From IMG/VR virus record IMGVR_UViG_3300042691_047309, positions 111,895-175,894 of that record: DNA of 64,000 nucleotides; one strand, given 5' to 3'. The notes under the pieces are model-generated. The model ran no database searches. It worked only from the letters and a program-made list of their open reading frames with translations, and was not told where the DNA came from. A program made the position numbers and the translations under genes. Source of the DNA: a virus. Of the stretch, positions 58,657 to 64,000 are shown piece by piece (the stretch's first letter is position 1; every line of letters begins with the position of its first letter).

Positions 58657-58908
58657 TTAATTTCTACTTAAAGGTTTATAATCAGGCATTACACCTTTGA
58701 AGTTTCTCTCTCCGGATAAATATGCTTCTTGGTCAGCTTTACAAGCAGCGTCATATTCAGGATCCTTTATCTCATCCTCTTTACATTTCATGCAAATGAC
58801 CTCTTCATTGAACATTGATTGGGTTGTTGAGTTGTCAGTTGGACCTTTACATCTATCACAGAATTCTCTATACATTGAGAATGATTCGAATGTTTTTATG
58901 TTTTTCAT
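58657..58908 (-). CDS. small zinc-finger protein (MKNIKTFESF tag)
   Basis: CDRC...SMFN...ICMKC. Confidence 0.6.
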   Translation of the reverse strand: MKNIKTFESFSMYREFCDRCKGPTDNSTTQSMFNEEVICMKCKEDEIKDPEYDAACKADQEAYLSGERNFKGVMPDYKPLSRN

Positions 58909-59417
58909 TTTTTGATTGTGTTAAAATCATTTTTAAGGAAGTTATTAAAATCTAAAACTTTTTTATCTTTCGATTTAATTTCTCCTTCTCCAGATGTAAA
59001 GTCTTGTCTTTTAGCAAAGATATCTTTAAGTGCTTTTAAATCTAACCTTTTTTGTCTTGATTTCTTTCCAGTTCTGGGTCCATGTTCTTTACCCATCGGA
59101 CTTGGCATTTTCTGAAAAACTCTATTGGATCCAGATGGATTGTATGGAATTGAAACATCACCCGAACCGACAGATCCGCCACCAGAAGCCCAGTTTGTAC
59201 CTATTGTAGTTCCTGCTAATCCAGATGGTTGAGCATTTACAACAGCTCCCATTCCACCGACAGATGGGCCACCAGTTGCTGATGTATCTTCGAGTATAAG
59301 CGACTCTTTTTGTTTTATTGTTGAAACTATTTGTTCAAACAATACTTCATCACTGTGGTCTTCTTTCAAAAATCTAGATTTAATTTGATATAATTCCATT
59401 AGGCTTAAATGTTCCAT
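58905..59417 (-). CDS. Gly-rich putative virion protein
   Basis: ILEDTSATGG low-complexity segment; GAATATATA at 59423-59431 (-). Confidence 0.5.
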   Translation of the reverse strand: MEHLSLMELYQIKSRFLKEDHSDEVLFEQIVSTIKQKESLILEDTSATGGPSVGGMGAVVNAQPSGLAGTTIGTNWASGGGSVGSGDVSIPYNPSGSNRVFQKMPSPMGKEHGPRTGKKSRQKRLDLKALKDIFAKRQDFTSGEGEIKSKDKKVLDFNNFLKNDFNTIKK

Positions 59418-59429
59418 AAATCTATATAT

Positions 59430-59705
59430 TCAATTTTGTAAGCGGTTTCTTAGAAAAGTTATCTCGTGTCTATATTTTTCTACCCATTCAAAAACTAAGG
59501 ATACATCATCACCAACAGTAAACGTTACCGCAAGTTGAGGATTGTCTATATCAACACCCTCGATATTAATTAGCATAATTTTATTTTTCACAGGTGTGTA
59601 ATATATCTGCATCTCAAAATCTTTAGACTTTCTCCAGAAAGTCTTTTTTGTTTTACCAACAATTACAACTTGACTCAATAATCTTTTTAGTCTTTTGTAA
59701 TTCAT
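59430..59705 (-). CDS. hypothetical protein
   Basis: 91 aa. Confidence 0.5.
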   Translation of the reverse strand: MNYKRLKRLLSQVVIVGKTKKTFWRKSKDFEMQIYYTPVKNKIMLINIEGVDIDNPQLAVTFTVGDDVSLVFEWVEKYRHEITFLRNRLQN

Positions 59706-59775
59706 TGTGAAGATTTTTTTTTGAACAAACTCGTTTATAACTTATATATAATTTACTAAATATAGAAAAACATTA

Positions 59776-60441
59776 ATGAATAAAGTGAAACTCTTAGAAG
59801 TAAAAAAACTTCTAAAAGAATTGGAGTTTATTGAATCTGATTTTGACTATCGAAATGAAATTATCGGAGAAGCAGATTCTGCTTTTATAAATTCAATCAA
59901 TCAATTCTTATCACTTCATCCAGAACTTAAGGAAATCTATGACAACAAAATTACGGAAAAAATTAATCAATCAATCAAAAAAACGGAAGAATTCTCAGGA
60001 GAATCTACAACGGAAAATTCCGAATTGGTTGAACCAGATGATATCGAAAACGAGAAAATTGAATCTGAAAATATTGAGGAGAATGAAGAGGAAGTTAAGA
60101 ATCAAAGCCATCTTTCGGTTATAAAAAAACTTTACAGAGAAATTGTAAAAATTACACATCCTGATAAAATTAAAAATAGTAGATTAAACGAGTTATATCT
60201 CAAATCAACACAATATTATGATAGTAATAATAAGATTGGAATTTATGCAGTTTGCAATGAGTTAAATATTAATTATGAAATATCAGATGATGACATTGAA
60301 TTGATTTATGGTGAAATAAAAAAATATCAACAGAAAATTAATTTTATTGAAAGTACATATACTTGGAAATGGTATAATTGTGATGACGATGGATTAAAAA
60401 ATCAAATATTGGTAAATTATATCAAACAAAAAATTACATAA
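59776..60441 (+). CDS. J-domain-containing protein
   Basis: IKKLYREIVKITHPDK (HPD motif). Confidence 0.65.
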   Translation: MNKVKLLEVKKLLKELEFIESDFDYRNEIIGEADSAFINSINQFLSLHPELKEIYDNKITEKINQSIKKTEEFSGESTTENSELVEPDDIENEKIESENIEENEEEVKNQSHLSVIKKLYREIVKITHPDKIKNSRLNELYLKSTQYYDSNNKIGIYAVCNELNINYEISDDDIELIYGEIKKYQQKINFIESTYTWKWYNCDDDGLKNQILVNYIKQKIT

Positions 60442-61078
60442 CATTTATTTTAATCTTCTTGTCTTTTACTAAATCCTCTAATTCTTCTTTTCTAAAAGTC
60501 TCTTTATAAATATCATTAATCTTATCCTTATTCTGAAGTATCCACTCATTACCATTCGATGTAGTGTAGATATAGTTCTGGTCACCATCAACAATTTCAA
60601 TAGTTCTTGATGTAAGTTTATCATAAAACTTTTTGACATCATCTTTAATTTTATAAATTTTTACATCATTCCATTTTGAAACAGTGTCATTGAATATTTG
60701 CATAAGAATATAGAGTGGATTCTCTAGTTCACTACTATTTATGTCATATAAAAACATAAATCTACAAGGTTTATTTAAAAATGTTTGATAGTCATTTGAA
60801 TTTTCAAGAGGAGACTTCTTTAACGCTATACTTGATAAGGAGTTAATGAACTCTATGTTATCTGTTAAAACATCTAAATCTAACTTATCTTGAAAATCAT
60901 TTTGTGGCAATTTCAAAGTATCAAAGATATTTGTTTCCTCAGCGCCTATCGAAGATAGTAGTGCATCATGCCATACAGTTAGTGATTCAAGTAGATCCTC
61001 TACTCTCTGAAAATTTAAGTCGATGACCAACGATTCTTTGAACTGACTATATGTCTTGAGCCTTTTTAGATGTTTCAT
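60434..61078 (-). CDS. putative virion protein (MKHLKRLKTYSQFKES tag)
   Basis: 214 aa; TAATATATA at 61083-61091 (-). Confidence 0.55.
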   Translation of the reverse strand: MKHLKRLKTYSQFKESLVIDLNFQRVEDLLESLTVWHDALLSSIGAEETNIFDTLKLPQNDFQDKLDLDVLTDNIEFINSLSSIALKKSPLENSNDYQTFLNKPCRFMFLYDINSSELENPLYILMQIFNDTVSKWNDVKIYKIKDDVKKFYDKLTSRTIEIVDGDQNYIYTTSNGNEWILQNKDKINDIYKETFRKEELEDLVKDKKIKINVM

Positions 61079-61124
61079 AATTTATATATTAAAAAAAGAG
61101 ATTCAATTTTAATATATAAGAAGT

Positions 61125-62483
61125 ATGAAATGGATCAGAGGTTATCAACTTTTTAAAGAATCAAAGACTTATGCTAACAAAAACATTATTAGTGAGATTT
61201 GCATCTCTATGGTTCTATTGAATAATGAATTTCTTGACTCAATATTAGATAGAGGACTAAAAGCTAGGTATTCTGAGAATTCTCAGATATTTTTAACAGA
61301 CTTAAAGAATTTACTTCTTGCTAAGAATAGACTTGAGTTAGGTAAATTTGTGGATGGTAAATGTGTAACAGATGATGAGGTTTCTAAAATAAACGGTGGA
61401 TTCGATGAGATAGATTTTGATATTGAAAAAGATTGGAATATACTTTTAAATGCTAGATTAGCTGCTCGTAGTATTATTGATAAACTACTCCCAGATCAAA
61501 AACTTGAATCTGAAATGATTTCAAAAGTTTATTGGTTAGGTCCTAATAAAGACAACGAAAACAAAGAAGATATTGTTTTAGAACTAAAAGACGGGAAACA
61601 ATTTTCATTTTACATAAATAAAAGTTTAAGTAGTCAAAAGAGCTCTTCTTTTAATACATTCGCTGAAGACTTATTAGGATCTAATTTAGAAAAACTATAT
61701 TCAGAAGAGTATTTACCAAAATGGGATAAATTAGTACAACAATGGATTAAAATAATTTATGAAAATTCTAATAAAAATATTCAAAGACATATAGAAAATT
61801 TCATTGATCCAAATAGAATAGATACTATGAAATATTTTGAATACTTTGATATTAGACACAGTGATCCTAAATTTAAACATTTAGGTGAGTTTATTGATGA
61901 GTTTAGTAAGAACATTTTAAAATTTGACGAACTACTTAATGAAGTTTGGAAAAACAAAGAAAGATGCTTTGTTGATGTCGATAGAGTTGAAAAAGATTGG
62001 AATGAAACAAAGATAGTTATTCTAAACTCAAAAATATTAGAGAACTTATTTACAAACTCGCTCAAAACTCAATTTCCAGAAGATATCAAAAAAGTTGATG
62101 ATAATTTTAAAGAAGCCGCTGGTACTGTTAAAATGAAATTTATTAAAACAGTTGTTGATAAAATGGGTTGCTTAGAAAGACCAATTTACTATGTCGGTAC
62201 AGGAGGTAAAGATTTTAATCTATTACCATCGAGAGAGTTCTTTAGAGAGAACTATGATAATTTACAACTATTATTTGACTACCACGTAAACTTTGAAATA
62301 AGTCAATTAGACAATGACTTTAAAATTAAATTGATACTTAATTTCGAAAATGAAAAACTAATCGAAATGGACATCATTATTAAATTTAGTGGAAGTGAGT
62401 TATCTGGAAAACTTAGTTCAAAATACAGGTATGAAATTCCTGCAAATTTTAACTATCTAGTCTCAAAGAATATCTTAGATTAA
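61125..62483 (+). CDS. putative virion protein (MKWIRGYQLFKES tag), possible nuclease-like fold
   Basis: 452 aa; VYWLG...KEDIVL; TAATATATA at 61110-61118. Confidence 0.5.
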   Translation: MKWIRGYQLFKESKTYANKNIISEICISMVLLNNEFLDSILDRGLKARYSENSQIFLTDLKNLLLAKNRLELGKFVDGKCVTDDEVSKINGGFDEIDFDIEKDWNILLNARLAARSIIDKLLPDQKLESEMISKVYWLGPNKDNENKEDIVLELKDGKQFSFYINKSLSSQKSSSFNTFAEDLLGSNLEKLYSEEYLPKWDKLVQQWIKIIYENSNKNIQRHIENFIDPNRIDTMKYFEYFDIRHSDPKFKHLGEFIDEFSKNILKFDELLNEVWKNKERCFVDVDRVEKDWNETKIVILNSKILENLFTNSLKTQFPEDIKKVDDNFKEAAGTVKMKFIKTVVDKMGCLERPIYYVGTGGKDFNLLPSREFFRENYDNLQLLFDYHVNFEISQLDNDFKIKLILNFENEKLIEMDIIIKFSGSELSGKLSSKYRYEIPANFNYLVSKNILD

Positions 62484-63619
62484 GCAGCGACTATAGTTGC
62501 CTTAAGCAACGGTAGTCCATTAGATAAACTCTTATTTAAATCAGCATATGCTTTTTGTTTATCCTTTTCAATTTTTTCTCTAAACGATTCATAAAGCTGT
62601 CTTTGTGTTTTATAAGGATTTACACCACCGGCTGGATTCGGAGCAAAGAAGCTAACAGCTGTATTTTTAAGTAGTGTATCATATCCTTCAATCTGAACCT
62701 GATAAGCTAAAAGAACTACAAGCTTAGCATCAATAAACTTAGAAATCGCGTCATATTTAAGTCTTTTTGATTCAATTTTTTTCATTTCCAAATTTAAGTA
62801 AGTAGATATCAATACTTTAGATTGTGGTTTTATGATAAAATCTAAATAATGAGTGTGTAAAAATAAATCCCCAATGGATGAAAGTTTCTTTTTTCCTTCT
62901 TTAATCATAGATTTACAAACATGATATATTGCATATATTCCAGATATGCTCAAAATTGAATGACTTGTTATAGGAGACCAACCAGCTCCATGATCTAAAA
63001 CACCCGTAGGATCCGCAGCTACTAACTCTATATAATCCGGAGGAACGTGAAATGATGTGTTCTCAAACTTAGTAGCTCTATCGATTAAAGTCATCATGTA
63101 ATTGAGGTCCTCATCTAACTCAGAGTTAAAATATTGTATTTTATGAAAGTCCGAAGCAACTTGTTTTTTCATTAAATAGATATCTTCAAACATTTTGTCC
63201 TCTCTTCTTAGTGGCTTGAAAGGAGAATCCGGATCATCGTCCATCTCTCTATCGGTTTTCACACCATCTAATCTATCAGATACAATTGATGGATTTAAGT
63301 CTTCATCATCTGTTGTCCATGGTACATAAAGTGGTCCTAATTGTTTTTTTAAATCCGTTCCATAAACCATTTTATTTGCATCTTCGTCTGACAAATAATC
63401 ACCGTTTTCTTCATCTCTTTTTTCATAGACAGGATAAACCTTTATAGTATTTGCTCTTTTAAGAGTCATTCTTTTATAACATTGTCTATCAGACATATAA
63501 TGTTGCTTAACATTAAAACTTGCTGGTAAAAAATATGCTTCATTAGTCAAGATAAATAGTCTGACAGTATCTTCCAAAATGTTCATTTCAGGACTAAAAC
63601 CTTGTTCCTTAAAATCCAT
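62480..63619 (-). CDS. hypothetical late protein
   Basis: 379 aa; AAATATATA at 63636-63644 (-). Confidence 0.5.
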   Translation of the reverse strand: MDFKEQGFSPEMNILEDTVRLFILTNEAYFLPASFNVKQHYMSDRQCYKRMTLKRANTIKVYPVYEKRDEENGDYLSDEDANKMVYGTDLKKQLGPLYVPWTTDDEDLNPSIVSDRLDGVKTDREMDDDPDSPFKPLRREDKMFEDIYLMKKQVASDFHKIQYFNSELDEDLNYMMTLIDRATKFENTSFHVPPDYIELVAADPTGVLDHGAGWSPITSHSILSISGIYAIYHVCKSMIKEGKKKLSSIGDLFLHTHYLDFIIKPQSKVLISTYLNLEMKKIESKRLKYDAISKFIDAKLVVLLAYQVQIEGYDTLLKNTAVSFFAPNPAGGVNPYKTQRQLYESFREKIEKDKQKAYADLNKSLSNGLPLLKATIVAA

Positions 63620-63699
63620 AATTTTTTTTTATTTTTATATATTTGATTAAACATCTTCTATCGACTGCTATATAAATAAAAAATTAAAATTTTATCAAT

Positions 63700-64000
63700 A
63701 TGGCTACAAATTCAAAGCACAGAAAGAATCATAAACAAAAAGTAGAAGCTAGAAAAAAAAGAATGGCTCATCAAAAAAGAACTCAGGAAAAATTCCAAAG
63801 AGAATTTATTATGAATTTGATTAAACAAGAGCAAGAAAAAGGACTTTTTGAATCATCTACACCAGTTGATGGACCAGTTATTGATGGACCAGTTATTGAT
63901 GGACCAGTTATTGATGGACCAGTTATTGACGGACCAGTTATTGACGGACCAGTTATTGACGGACCAGTTATTGACGGACCAGTTATTGACGGACCAGTTA
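63700..64000 (+). CDS. partial ORF with basic N-terminus and GPVID repeats (runs off window)
   Basis: MATNSKHRKNHKQKVEARKKRM...STPVDGPVIDGPVID...; no stop before window end. Confidence 0.7.
   Translation, partial: MATNSKHRKNHKQKVEARKKRMAHQKRTQEKFQREFIMNLIKQEQEKGLFESSTPVDGPVIDGPVIDGPVIDGPVIDGPVIDGPVIDGPVIDGPVIDGPV
63862..64000 (+). repeat. 15-bp tandem repeat GGACCAGTTATTGA(T/C)
   Basis: eight full units from 63871 plus a partial ninth, preceded by a degenerate unit; in frame. Confidence 0.95.

Noticed and set aside
75-62065. Many short antisense or alternate-frame ORFs (e.g. 2471-2878, 22978-23262, 30493-30888, 49924-50328)
   Set aside because: Shadows of well-supported genes with no motifs or promoters of their own.
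63862-64000. CRISPR array
   Set aside because: Contiguous 15-bp units with no spacers, in frame within an ORF.
1-64000. Stop-codon reassignment as in Lak or crAss-like phages
   Set aside because: Conserved enzymes are full length and tightly packed under code 11, and TAG and TGA both end genes at sensible places.

Overview
A 64-kb, very AT-rich, gene-dense segment of a large (jumbo/huge) T4-like myophage genome. Evidence: gp6-like baseplate wedge, tail-collar protein, MoxR/VWA, phage sigma factor, tRNAs and many auxiliary metabolic genes, with no bacterial housekeeping operons. The host is almost certainly Bacteroidota: repeated TTTG-N19/20-TAnnTTTG promoters, A-rich leaders without Shine-Dalgarno, a T9SS C-terminal domain, a TonB-dependent receptor and a DUF6576-like tail. 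Standard genetic code. Main findings: (1) about 16 late-promoter genes share an N-terminal MK-x-(I/L)K-x-F-x-E tag resembling the T4 capsid-targeting sequence, and it sits on enzymes such as a CCA-adding enzyme, a class III adenylate cyclase, a zeta-like kinase and nuclease-like folds; (2) about 15 other proteins, none with that tag, share a mostly C-terminal R-(D/E/N)-x-K-(L/I)-x-x-(L/I)-(L/G/F) helix; (3) three promoter classes are readable from the DNA (host-type early, AAC-N16/17-xTATA middle, AATATATA late); (4) a T9SS cargo plus TonB receptor operon sits behind an 11-bp-period Pho-box-like repeat. Also present: a QueF homologue lacking the canonical catalytic Cys, a signal-less Skp, a u-spanin-like lipoprotein, a type II R-M pair and an in-frame GPVID tandem repeat running off the window end. 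All functional calls come from motif recognition; no database searches were run.
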